Part shown: piece by piece, positions 1-13,082 of the stretch
How positions within the stretch are numbered: the stretch's first letter is position 1
How the letters are laid out: every line of letters starts with the position of its first letter
NCBI RefSeq assembly: GCF_009914755.1
Contig: NC_060926.1
DNA: 64,000 nt
Source: the human T2T-CHM13v2.0 reference genome, Homo sapiens
Strand: one strand, 5' to 3'
Translations under genes and position numbers: made by a program
Notes under the pieces: generated by a model
What the model saw: only the letters and a program-made list of their open reading frames with translations
Told to the model about the DNA's origin: nothing
The model's database searches: none

Positions 1-2974
1 TTTAAAAATGTGTGTATGGTGGGGTGGGGACGGCTGCTAAAGCAATGAGAAGTGAGTCCTTAATTCCTACCCTGACCTCTTCCCTACCCCCTTATTTCCA
101 TCTGCTCTTTTCAATCTGGCTGTTTGGATGTGAGGTATTCTAAGATCCCACCGTCTTCCTACATAATAGGACAGCATTTCACACAAAGCTGCTGCCTGGC
201 AGGTGGCAATGAGGTCATGTTTGAAGAGTGGGCAAGGTGAGCCACTTGCAAATAACGTGAGGAAGGGCTCAGTGTGACTTGTGCTCTAAAGAGATGCAGG
301 GGCTTCAGACATGGATCTTTGAAACAAACCCCGTGGAGGCTGCAGAGAGATTTTAACGTTATTAAGGCACAAGTTGCACAATACCACTGGGGCCACTGCC
401 ATCTGATTTGTGCCTCATATTCTGGGAGCAATTCTTTCGTTTGCTTTTGAATGACTCTGAAAAAAGTGGCATCAGTCAGCGAATGCATGTCTGTATAAAT
501 TATGCATCTGTGAGTTCATGCTCACATGGCATTCAGGAAGCTCCATGATGTACGGCAGAGGCCTTTGTGGGGGAGGGAGAGATGGAGGGAGGGGCAGGGA
601 GGGAGAGAGGCTGCTTGGAGGTTGGGAATCCAGAGGTTTCTGTGAATAGTGACACCTGAAATGAGAACACATATGAAGGTGGAGGGGCTCTGGGGAAAGT
701 GAGAAGCCTGACCTAAATGCAGTCATTTTCTTCTCTCTGCTTCCATTCGTTTATGTCTCTTCTCCCTTGCCTGCCCCCTGCCACTGTTCCTGGTAGCCTT
801 TCCCTGTGGCTTCTTAAGGAGACAGGAGCAAGCATGTATTTGCCAGGGTGCTTGCCGATTTTATTAAGCAAGCTTTCCATTCAAGTTTGGGGCGGGGTGG
901 TATTGAAAGGTGTCAGACAGGAAAACAGATGCTCTGGTGGACAGTCATTAATTCCCCAATTCTCATTCATGTTACTATTCTAGGGAGACAGAGTGGGGGC
1001 CTAACGTCTAGTGGAGGAGAGAGACGTGAATAAATGTACGTAACAAGAGGCATCTAAAAAAGTGACCTTGGGGGGAAAACTGAAGATAGCAAAAAGCGGT
1101 TGACCACAACTCTGTCATCTAGATATCTATCACCAACTCTAAAATGTGTGTAGTCAACAAATGCTGTGAAGCTACATTCACAATTTGTATGGATGAGCCG
1201 TCTGATTGGAATAAGACTCAGATGTGGAAGGTACAAGCTCTTCAAGATGAGTGACCCTTCCAGTAGGTGAGGGTCTGCACTCTGTGCCAGTTAAAAGATA
1301 GCTCCACAAGGCAAATCAGTGTGCTCTGACCCAAAGGAAGTGCAAGGAAAAAGAACAGCTGCCCACTGTGGACTTCTGGACATCCCATCTTCTAAGACTT
1401 TAAAGGACTTGCATCTACTTTTGTTAATCTACAAGCATTCTTGGTAAATATCAGATACACAATACTAGCTTTTCTCATACGTCACAATGGAAGAAAAGGT
1501 AAAATCAAGACTCATGCATTTAACATTAATCTCTAGGAAAAAAACCAGGATGGCTAATTAAGCAGATGACGTGAAAAGGAGAAAAGAAAGAAAAGATGAC
1601 TATACTAGGCAAAACAGCTTTACTAAGAACATAAACTAAGCGAACATAGTTGTTTTTGTTGATCAGGAGCTATGCTGGTAAATGAAAGAAATGTGAGTGT
1701 GGGCTCCGCCTGTGTAGAGAAAAGTGTGTGCACATACGGCCCCTTGATTCTGCAAGACAGTCATGCTCAGCTAAGATGGGGAAATACAAATTAAAGAAAG
1801 AGTTATTTGTGTCTGGCTGCAAGGCCATCTCTCAATATTTTGATTACTACATGTATGTCCACCAGCTGATGAAGCTGTCTAGTCGTGTGTCACAGTGGCT
1901 ACCATTTGTTTTGCCCTGTTCAAAATTTCTATCAGTGACTTGGTTGACAATGCCATGTTTTAGTTTATTTCTAAAGAAAAAACACATACGTTTACTGGTT
2001 TCTTTAAGACTTCTCATTGTCACATAATAAAATTCACATGCTCTTCCCCCACTTAAAGTTTTAATTTATTTTTCCCCCTGACGGCTGGGAGTTTGGTGTC
2101 AGTTCTGTTCCTTAATGGTGGTGATCTGCCTGACTGGCCACCTGGAAGCCCTAACGCCTCTTACTCCTTGTGAATAAACTCTGTTCAATTATCTTCAATG
2201 CTGTATTTAACTGGCATGCCTAAATCCTCTCTACAAGGTAGAAAGTCAACCCTTAGTATTTTTCAGCTTGTAATATAGTGTAGTTTCATCCCAACAAAAC
2301 AAATGCTTTTGTGGGAAGTCCATTCGGCTTCCATAAAGACTTGCAGGTCCCTGGTGAGATGGAGAGGATCAGCACAGAATTGAACTGGCTCCAGAGCTGC
2401 CCCTGGGCTCACAGACCCTGTAGCCTTCCTGCCCTGCCTGGTAAACTTGCCTTGACATTCATTTCCTCCTTCTTGGTCTCCCCTACTGTGGAGTGTGACC
2501 ACCTGTCTGAGCTCCTTCTCTTTCGTCAGCATATGGCTTGGGCTTCCCTGCCCCCATACTTAGCTCTGTCTCCCGACTCCTGCTTTTATTTTTCAGCAAC
2601 TTATCTTGATGGTTCTACAAACAGCTTTCTGATTCATCATTGAGAGCAACTCCTCCCAGAACTAACCTTTACCAGTGGGCTGTAGCTTCTGTGGAGACAG
2701 AAAAGAGAGTCTTTCTCCCTCTCCTTGTTCCAAACGACTGAGTGGTTTTGCTACCATTTTAGAAAGCAAGCATTTAACACGTGCCAGTGTTTAATCAATT
2801 GACTAATTTGTAACACACTGCTTCATTACTTCCGTGTTCACACACAGGCACACACATACACGTGCGCAAATGTCCCTATTTTTACAGACAAATTCATCTG
2901 TCCAGATTATAAGAGGAAACGTAGTGTATTAAATACACACTTCTTAAAAATGTTAGTATTTGGTTTTTAACTTT

Positions 2975-4632
2975 ATTTTTTTCACTTTATTGAGGAATAA
3001 TTGACAAATAAAAATTATGTATGTCTAAAGTATATAAAGTGATGTTTTCATGTATGTATACACCGTGAAGTGATTTCTACAATAAAGCTAATTAACATAT
3101 CCATATACTTACGATCTACTCTCTTAGTGAATTTCAGATATACAATACATTATTAACTGTAGTCATCATGCTGTACATTAGCTGTTCAGAAAGTATTCAT
3201 CTTGTAACTGTAAGTTGGTACCCTTTGACCAACACCTCCCCATTCTCTCCATTCCAGAACCCTGATAACCACCTTTTTACTCTCTGTTTCTATGAGTTTG
3301 ACTTTTTAAGATTCCACATGTAAGTGAGATCATGCAGTATTTGTCTTTCTGTGCCTGGCTTATTTCACTTAGCATAACGTCCTCCAGGTTCATCCATGTT
3401 GCTGCATATGGCAGAATTTTCTTCTTTTTTAAGGATAAAAAAGATTCCTATTGTATGTGTGTGTGTATATATGGATGTACACCACAATTTCTTTACCCAT
3501 TCATCTGTCTATGGACATGTCTTAGGTTGTTTTCATATCTTGGCTACGGTGAATAATGCTGCAATAAACATGGGAATGCAGATATATCTCCAATATAGAT
3601 AGTAATTTTATTTCCTTTAAATTTGTACCCAGAAGTGGGATTACTAGTAATATAGTAATTCTATTTCTGTAGTTCCATCTGTCCAGATCATAAGAAGAAA
3701 CATAGTGTATTAGTTAAGTGTACACTTCGTAGAGCCAGCACATTAGTATTTCTTTTTTTCAATTTTACTTTTTTTTTCACTTTATTGAAGAATAATTGGT
3801 GATTCTATTTCTAATTTTTGGGGAACCTCCATGTTGTTTTTCATAATGGCTGCACCAATAAATATTCTTACCAAGTGTGCACAACAGTTTCCTCTTCTCT
3901 ACATCCTTGCCAACATTTGTTATCTTGTGACTTTTTGGATAATAGTCATCTTCAAAATGTGAGTGACACCTTATAGTAGCTTTGGTTTGCATTTCCCTGA
4001 TGATGAGTGGTTTTAAACACCTCTTCATCTACCCATTGGCCATTTGTATGTCTTGGAAAAATGTCTATTCAGACTATTTATTTAAATTTTGAAAATAACC
4101 CTATTTTTTAGTTGGGTTATTTTATTTATTTATGTTTTTGCTGTTGAGTTCCATGAGTTCCTTATAAGTTTTGGATATTAACCTCTATTTAATAGGATAA
4201 GTGGTATATGAATATTTAATCCCATTCTGTGAGCTGCCTTTTCATTTTGTTGATTGTATCCTTTTCTGTATAGAAATTTTTTACTTTGATGTAGTCTCAC
4301 TTGTTTGTTTTCTTGCCTGTGCTTTTGGTATTATATCTAAGAAAAAAAATATCATTGCCAAGACCAATGTCATAGAGTTTTTCCTTTATGTTTTTTTTCT
4401 AGAAATGTTATAGTTTCATGTCATACGTTTAGGCTTTTAATCCATTTTGAGTTGATTTTTGTATATGGTGTCAGAAAAGAATTCAATTTCTTTTTTCTTT
4501 TTTTGCATGCGGATATTCATTTCTCTTGACACCATTTGTTGAAGAGACAATCCTTCCCCATTGTGTAATCTTGGCACCTTAGTCAAGGATTAATTGATCA
4601 CGTATGCCTGAATTTAAGTCGGGGCTTTCTGT
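2975..4632 (-). mobile_element. L1MA-type LINE-1 3' end (3'UTR plus end of ORF2), 5'-truncated, interrupted by a ~125-bp local insertion at 3669-3798
   Basis: T-rich tail at ~2970-2990, then typical reverse L1MA 3'UTR (aagtgagatcatgcagtatttgtctttctgtgcctggcttatttcacttagcataa). Minus ORF 3777..4028 (KRCLKPLIIREMQTKATIRCH...GKDVEKRKLLCTLG) resembles the L1 ORF2 C-terminus. Confidence 0.9.
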
Positions 4633-4649
4633 AATGTCAGTATTTGAAT

Positions 4650-4860
4650 TTTCCATCTTGGTCTCTTGCTAGTTATCTTTCTTTAAGCGTGTTATTTAAC
4701 ATTTCTCTGCCTTAGTTTTATCATCTTCAAAATGGAGATAATAATAGTATTTGTCTAATGCCCTTGTTAAGGAGTTTAAATTGGTTGACTCCATGTCAAG
4801 CACTTAGGACAGTAATGACCACATACTGAGCACGTAGTATATATTCTTAGCTCTATTGTT
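4650..4860 (+). mobile_element. MIR SINE relic
   Basis: Core-like ttatttaacatttctctgccttagttttatcatcttcaaaatggagataataatagta, followed by an aagcacttag...cagt tail region. Confidence 0.75.
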
Positions 4861-5544
4861 TCATCCTCAACATAGCCGCTAAAGAGAATAAACATCAAAA
4901 TTAAAAGGGATGTAAATATTTTGTCTAATCTAAATTGAGCATCTACTGTGTCTCAGGCACTGTGTTCAGCACTTTACATAAATAAAGTTCTCTAAGTTTA
5001 AATTATATCTCTCTGATTTAGGAGCTCTGTGATTTATGAGCTGTGATTTATGAGCTGAGGCAAAGTATTTACTACATGGTGATTATGTTATTGTTACTAT
5101 TGCCATTAATATTGCCATTATTGTTATTAGTATTAAATTTATTTTTTAAGGGTGAAAAGAGAATTTGCTAGTTCACAACCAGACACCAGCTGACATAATG
5201 ATCCATATGTGGTTATTGTTCTAATGCTGTATTGGCTTGAAAGAACATCTGTTTTTTTGCGGCTAGCAAGTTTAGTTAGTCTATGGGTGAAGCATAGCAA
5301 AAATAAGAGAATCTTTCTTTTAAAACAACACCATTATTTCAATATGTGAGATGGCTTTAATATTTCCAAACCTTAGATAACTTAAATTTTAAAATTAGAT
5401 AAGCTGAAAAAATTAAGTTTAAGTACCAGTAGTTCATGTTAGTAACAGGAAGGGGGAAAAGGTAAAATAAGCAAAAAATAATGTCTTGTAAACTTTGCTC
5501 ATCCTAGATGATTCAAAATTGCTTTTCCAATCACAAGTAAATAA

Positions 5545-5665
5545 AAAGGACATGAGGTAGAGCATATGTTAATTAGCTTGATTTAGCCATTCTACAATGT
5601 ATGCATACACAAAACATCATGTTGTATGCCATAAATATATACAATTTTTGTTTATCAGTTAAAAA
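5545..5665 (+). mobile_element. L1MA-type 3' terminal fragment
   Basis: atatgttaattagcttgatttagccattctacaatgtat...aaaacatcatgttgta...ataaatatatacaattttt is the typical L1MA 3' terminus. Confidence 0.8.
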
Positions 5666-6724
5666 CTGCAGTGAAAAACTTGCTTTTCCATTTAAGCAGC
5701 TGCAACACAGTTTAGTGTTTCCTAAGCTTTATCCCTGTACCAGCTCTCCAGAACCTCAAACTATAAAAGACTACATTTTAAGAGTAGCCCCTGGTTCTTT
5801 TGTTGTTGTTGTTATGCATTTATTTATTTATTTATTCCACGAACAATATAAGGGTCTCCAATTAGTTGCAGGTGCAAATATTATGCATGCAATTAATTGT
5901 CTTCAAATGGTTGATTATGGGCAGAATTGGCTAATTTGGGGTGCAATTAACTACTTGCCACTTATTCTGAGAATGCCCGTAGACAATTGTGTCTGCAATT
6001 AATTTACAAGAGCCATTACAGTGAAAACCTTGTACTATAAATCCAAGATTAGAGTGGGAGAATTTTTTAGAAGCAGGATTTCACTCTGGGTTAATTGCAT
6101 TGACTCTTCTCTTTGGCTTTTCGATGCAGGTTGACTGTAAATGGAGTCTGTAAATTTCTACAAGTTGCTTCCTTGATTTGTGCAGACTGTTCATGGATGA
6201 GAATGCTGAAGGGAATGGGGAGGCTGGTGCACACCCAACCGAAGCTGCAGGGCCCTTGCACTGCCCAGCCTAGAGGGCCTGGTTCTTGCTTATTTGTTTT
6301 CTCTACTTGTTTATTTTTCTCTGTACATTTTCTGACTCAGTAATGTGAGAGTATTTGCAGAAATGTAAATCCTCAAATCTTTCTCAGCAAGTTGAATGTC
6401 TTTATTACACAACCCACTTTAAAGTAGTCTTGTTTATACATTTATTGGAAATGATCAATAGTTAAACAGATCCTATAAGCAATTATAAGTATAGTTTTAC
6501 AATTTATTAAATTATTTCTTTAGCCCAACCACAGACCTGAATACCGTGATTAAGTTATCTTGTTTAAGCCTTAAAATAATCCTAAGTAGTACGTACTCTT
6601 ATCATCCCTATGTGCTTATAAACTCAAAAACTGTGGTAACTTGCCAATACACACTGGAGCTGAGATTAAACCATGTCTGTGCAACTCTAAGCCCTGGATC
6701 TCTGCAACTATGCTATATAGGGAA

Positions 6725-6862
6725 TTTCAGATCTGGAAGGACACTAGATCCCATTCTCTCCAACTTCTTCATTGGACAGATGGGAGAAGGGTGGCACACA
6801 CAGCTAGTAGAGGACAAGCCAAGCTCAGAAACCAGATTTCTTGCTGCCCAGTCCAATGTTCT
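6725..6862 (-). mobile_element. MIR-family relic
   Basis: ctggaaggacactaga...cattggacagatgggagaa...acacagctagt...cccagtccaatgttct resembles reverse MIR. Confidence 0.55.
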
Positions 6863-9134
6863 GACTATAGTGCACTGCCAAAGGAAAATTCTGTGAAGTT
6901 AGTTTTGTCCACGATCTGTCTATTCTTAATAAAGGATGGTTTTCCTGTGGAGTCTGAAATGTTTCAGCGTCTGTGTTTAGGCCATTGATTGAGAATGACA
7001 TTCCATAGAAAACACCCCTGAGGACCATACATGAATTTCCAGCAGGGAAGGGTTAAAGTTTCAGTGATTTTGCAGGCTGGATCAAATGTTCTTGAGAGGC
7101 TATTCTTCACATCTTGTTTCTTTAGCACTAGGGTAGGGTGAGTAATCAAAGGTGACAAGCTTTCTTGTCTGGTCCCACTACTGGTACAGGACAGCCCAGG
7201 AGCACATTGATCCACAGTGGCAGCTGCTGCTGGCCTCCCGTGAAGACACTGAGATACATGGGGCTCCTTTGTACTATTGGAAGGAAGGAGGGAAGGAATA
7301 ATATGCCACTATCAGAGAATTAAGACAATTTTTTTTTCAAACCAGAGATTAAATTACCTGGAGCCTTGTGTAATTGAGATTTAGTTTCAGCTCCTTTAAT
7401 GACTTTCCGCTGGTTCTCCGATATGGGGGAGGCACAGCAACCTCCTTTACGGTTGCTAGCCTACTTGGACTGTTTGGGTTGTTGCTGTCTTCTGAGCCTT
7501 CAAGAGGCTAGAGACATTGAAGTAGCATACAAGGAACATGCAATAAATGACATGCTGTCTTATAAAGGTCTCTGGCTGGTGGAGGAGGTGGGCAGCATAG
7601 AAATGACATATGCCCATCCTTTCTAGTTTCTCTTGAATTCTAAATGACTTTTTGGAATAGAAGTTAGGAAAAGAAAGAAGAGAAAGAAATTGATTTATCA
7701 AAACTTATGCATCTGCTACATACCACGCCCTTCAAACAGGTTTGTTATTTTTAAACCTTGCATGAGAGACGCTAACCACTATTTAAATAAGGGGCAAATG
7801 GATCTAAGGAGAGATTAATCAGCTTGCCCAAATTTTACACAACATTATGCAAAAAGAGATGGAACGGTGCCACAAAGCTGAAGAGAATAATGGCCAAGGC
7901 ATTCCTTGTGTGATCTGTCACCTTCCTTGAGAGTTCCTGCAAGATGGTCTTGAGTAAGGCAGGGATCTCACAATTTCGAGTGTGGTCTAATCCTCGTTTT
8001 TAATAAACGGAGTTTCATTTTACTCCAAAATAGGTGTATCATGGGGAAACATCTTACATTCATGTCAGATATTGCTTGATCACTTAGTGAACATTCAGGG
8101 ATGATAATCAGGGATCAAGGAGACTTATCAGCAGACACCTACAGATTTTTGGATCTCCTTCAGATAGAGCCACTGTGATCTGGCAAGACCAGCAAACACG
8201 GACTTGCTCAAAATCCCAGTAGCTGCCTTGCAGCTGATTTTCCATGCACCATTTCAGAATTTGGCTTCTTTATGTCTTAGGACTTGGCCATACTGTTGAC
8301 TTTCTGATTCCTGATTCATTCTTCTATTAGCAATTAGGGTGTTTGGTGCTATGTTTTCCACTCTGTCCAAAGTCTCAATCACAGCAGATAGCTAACAATA
8401 GCCTCTTGTTTTGAGCCTAGACCACTCCTCCCAAATTAACTCCTTCTGCACCATGTGTTGCCACCCTATGGTACAGCAAATGCCATGCCTGCCTTGATCA
8501 AAGCGTGAATTCCATAGTATGCATTTACAGTGTAATTAACATTGGTCACTCCTTATTGTAGAAGTTATAAAAGATGTCAGAAGGAATAGAACCAAGAAAG
8601 AAATTGATCCCTGGGAAAAAGATTTGTCAAGGAAATTTCTTGCAAGAGCAAACCCTTCATTAGAAATCAAGTTAGATCAAATTTTGAAGGAGTAGATAGA
8701 TGTCTCCTGGTATTCCTATTGTCATATCATATATGACACATATAGATAAGAGTGATTGTTTTCAGTACCATTAAAATTAAAAGAAAGCTAACCAAATGAT
8801 TAAAATTAAATGTAATTAGTTTTACCTAAATTGTGGGTTTTGAGAGCAATTAATAAAACCGAAATTTGAAAGCCACTTGTCAAGCAAATAAAAAATCAAA
8901 GAACATATTTCCTTTATTGAAGTCACTCCTATGTAAACCAGCCTACACAAATCATTTTCATGTTTGAAATATAGCAGGTGTGTAATTGGAATATTCAACA
9001 ACAGCCATAACTTAGGCAACCCATGAACTGCCTTGATTCCTAACCACAACATAAAATCTTCACCCTAAATTCCCTCTAAATTCCAGTTCTGATTCCTGAA
9101 AAACCAGAAAACAAAGCATCCAAATATAATGATG

Positions 9135-9310
9135 CTGGGATCAGAATAGACCTGAATTTGAGTTTAACCTGACTATTCACTGAGTCCCTTAGTATAAACA
9201 TTTACTTCACTGCTGTAGCCTCGCTTTCTGGTATCAACCTCTACCCGATAGGGTAGGAGGAATCCTATAATCTTGATCACATAGCTTAAACCCAATTAAT
9301 GCTGCTCACT
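9135..9310 (+). mobile_element. MIR relic
   Basis: tcagaatagacctgaatttgagt...catttacttcactgctgtagcctcgctttc; degenerate. Confidence 0.5.
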
Positions 9311-10394
9311 ATTTTAGTCTTATTTTATTCACTGCTGTTGTTGAAATATAACTTCTGAATTCTTCGTAAAGTTTTGTTTTGTATGCTTTTGATATCAGTT
9401 CTAGTCACATTAGCCTTGTAAAAAGTGGTGTGTCCATTCTGTTGTGTCAGGAATGCGTGTGTATCTATGCTTGCAGCTCTGGGAAACAGGAGGGCAAGAA
9501 GCTTCTCTTATTTGAGCCTTGGTTTTATCTGTGAAATGAAGAGTCCCCTCAGCCTTGCTTAACAAGAATAAGAAGCTCTGCTGAGAAGAGGTCCTTACAG
9601 CACAGGCCCACTGTCTCCAAGAGGCACAACCCTGGAAGCTCTTAAAGAACTTCTTGGAAATATTTTTACCTCTAAAAATTCATGCAGTTTGGAACTCCAG
9701 GATAAGTTTTCAGAGAAACATCATTGTATAACCATAAGCCCAGGGGATGATAAAAATTCTGAAGCAGCATCCACAACTCCATCCACATATACATTACATT
9801 CTTATCTATTGAGAGCTTTTTACTATGTGTTACCTACGTTAACCTCACAACATCCTTGCAAGGAAAATAAGGCACATGTAATTATGTTCCTTGAGCCAAT
9901 AGGACACTGAGGCATAAGAACACAAAGCCTGTTACACAGAGTGGAGAACGAAGTGTGAAAACTGCCCTCCTGTGATTTCTGTAGCAATTACTACAGAGAT
10001 CACTTTAGCATCTCTTTAGCAATAAATGCATAGGGCACTCATGATTATTCTCTTTTTAAAAAGAGGTAGCAAAAATTCCAAAAGACAAGGGGACTGATTT
10101 GCATGCCTCGTTTCCTGAATTTCCACCGCATCTCCAGGATTTTACTGATCCACTGATGCAGCTATCAAACGGGCCCTTTGAAAATCAGAGGTCTCTTGGA
10201 AGAAAAAAGGAATTAATGGATCTCCCTGTTCAATGGGGGTATAGGAAATTATGACTCTCCAGAAAGGAGCCAAGATTTTGCCTGGAATCTTCCCAAAGGA
10301 CACATATTAATTGAACTCTATATAAACATGCAGCCACATAATGCTTGCATATTTCCAAATTAGACACGATACCAGGCAGTGAGATATCACAGAA

Positions 10395-10605
10395 GTAGCA
10401 TGGGCTTTGGGAGGCAGAGTGGTTGAAGTCATGGCTGCTCAGCTGAATAGTCTTGTGCCTCAGATATCTTCACTGTGCAGTGAGTCCACCTGCATGTTGA
10501 GGAAGGTGACTTTTTCCCAGGGTCTTCACAACGATCGAATGAGATAAAACATATCAGCTACCCAGTTCCAGACTTGACATTATGAGTCCACCATATATGT
10601 TAGTC
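10395..10605 (+). mobile_element. MIR relic
   Basis: agcatgggctttgg...tgtgcctcagatatcttcactgt...gaatgagataaaacata. Confidence 0.5.
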
Positions 10606-12487
10606 TTACTTGGGTTGCAGAGGAGAAACTGCTCAAATCTCTTAACACATAGCTATTTTGCATAATGCCCAAATAAAGCTTTCTATTTCTCTGAAAGGAA
10701 ACAAATTAAAAAAAAAATAAGTAACAAACTTTAATATGCAACCCCCAAATAAGCATACAAACCTTAATATGTACCTAAAGAAAAAGATATCAAATAACAT
10801 TTTGAGCTACATATAGATGAATTAAGAGACCAAAAATGAGGACCATATGGATGAGAATTTGCTTAAAATACACATGGGCTTAGGGGAAGAAAAGAGAGAA
10901 AATTGCTGGCAAAAATGTGCCTTGGAATTGTGCCAGATTTGAAAACATTTAAATAAATAATCTGAGTTTAGAAAAAGTAAAGAAAGATTTGTCTCATTCT
11001 CCTGGATAAGTGAGAGGTGAGAAAGATGTGGCCTCCAGCTTTGTGAGCCTCACCATGAACGCACAAGCATGTTGGCAAGACCTCTTCGGGGACTTTCCCA
11101 TCTGGAATTGGCTGGTTTCACTTTAGAAATAAGACCCCTAGCTTATGATATTCTTGCACTATACTGCACAATGCTTCACAAAATATTTATAAATTGGATG
11201 CATCTTTTGCTGTATTTCAGTTGAACTTTACCAGTAGTCAAGCAGGTGAGAAGCAAACGTATCACAGTTGTGGGAAATCACCTGCATTGTTTGATTCTGC
11301 AAAGCAGGATTTGAGAGTTGCACCTAGATCGTGGACTCATGATCACGTCTTCGTTGTTTTAATGTTCACATTCTCTCGTTGTGCCTGAATGTAGGAACAT
11401 GCACTCATTTTATTTGTTTTAACCAGCACCATGATGTTGTTGAAATAAATATAATTCTCTAAAAGCATTTTAGTCCTGGGCTCAGGGGTTTACTTCAAAT
11501 GAAATGTATATATCAGTACATGTTTTTATATTCAATAGGCAGAGAAATTCAGATTAGAATAAATGTTCAATCATTCCTTTATATTATGTCATCAATGATA
11601 AATATGATTTTTGGTTTAAAAGTGGTAAATCATATTCTTACTCTCCAGAGAATTCTGGTGTTACATTTTGTAACCTTTATACCCCCATCCCCAGATTCCA
11701 TAATAGTGTCCAGACCTGAGATTTTTATATTTGAACACCCATTTCTGAAGTCACAGGTAATTTGTCCGGAGTGCTTTGCACTCTGCCCCTGCTGTAATTC
11801 CCCTTATCTTTGTGCTCAACAGAGCTGTACTGAGCACCTAGTCCAGGAGTTTACAGAGAAGGGGCATCGCCTTGTCCCAGGAACAAGTACATTACCTCAT
11901 GAAGGGACTTTCAAAGTGGTACATATGACACAGAAGAAAAGACACATGGCTGTGACTGCTCAGTGCTTACCCTCTAGCCCCTCACCGAGAGAAAACAAAT
12001 GGAAACAAAAGTAAAGTAAAAGTGAATGCAAAAAAATTCCTCAATATTCAGTATGTTCTTCTACCTCTGTTTTTGGGGACACCAACTTGTAAGACACCTG
12101 GTCTGTCTCCTTGAGAAAGGTAAATTTTAGCCCTCAGTGTAAGTTGTAATGTGCTCTTTCAGAAGCTCTATTTCCAGACGCTTCTAATGGCTCACCAGTC
12201 TTGAACAAACCCCATAACCTGTTCATCAGGCACCACCTATACCAAAATGCTCTCTGCATCCTTTTTATGACATTTATGACCAAATGTATTTGGTCAGGGC
12301 TCTGGAAGGACTCTGTGCTTTTACAACTTTGTATCTTTGTTCACTCCTTTTCTTCTCACACATAATGTTCTGTTTCTTCGTCTTCATCTGTCTAAAGCTA
12401 ACCGGTTGTTGAGGTCCCGGACAGTAAAATGAAACAGTTCTCTTTTCTGCCCCAGAAAATCTTGAGAACCTAACAGGCACTTACTTG

Positions 12488-12690
12488 GTAGAACAGTGAA
12501 GTGAGAATGTCATGGATTTGGATCCCAGTCCCTCCAGTGTTCATCAATGATCTTGGGTGAGTAATATCATCTCACGTTGCTGGTCCTCAATTTTTCTCAA
12601 CTGTAAAATGGGAGAACAGCACTTATTTTTGAAAGTTGCTGCATATGAGGTTAAAAAAGACACCAAGTGAAGTTTCTGCCACGTGCCAGG
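12488..12690 (+). mobile_element. MIR relic
   Basis: tgatcttgggtgagtaa...cctcaatttttctcaactgtaaaatgggagaa matches the MIR core. Confidence 0.65.
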
Positions 12691-13082
12691 GGCTGCTCTA
12701 GCTTTCCTGCCGTCCCATCTATACTTAGTTATTTTTATTTTTTATTTTTAACTGAACTCGCTGAGCAGCTCCTGGAGATCCATGTCTGCTCCACACTTCT
12801 TTTATCCCACAGTGATCTTAAAAAAATGCCTTAAAAGGTAAGGTAAGCATCATACATATGGTACAGATATTTATTATTAGGATTGTTTTTCATTGGCTTT
12901 GAGGCTTTTAAAAGAGTTCTTATTACTTTTACTTTTCTACACAAAACATACAAAACACAGGTTCGGTTCAGTTCATGTGTTGATTTTTCAGCTTCCCAGA
13001 GTGTAATCATGCTATGTACTGCATATAAAGGTTAAAAATTAGTTTCTCAGATTTTATGGAAAAGATTTTCACATGAGAAGAG

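Noticed and set aside
11499-12014. 171-aa ORF
   Set aside because: No recognisable domain, composition typical of translated AT-rich non-coding DNA, and no supporting gene structure.
12835-12850. Strong-looking isolated splice donors (aag|gtaagg here; similar near 18776, 38870, 57278, 61463)
   Set aside because: I could not pair them with convincing acceptors and coding frames; such matches are expected by chance in 64 kb.
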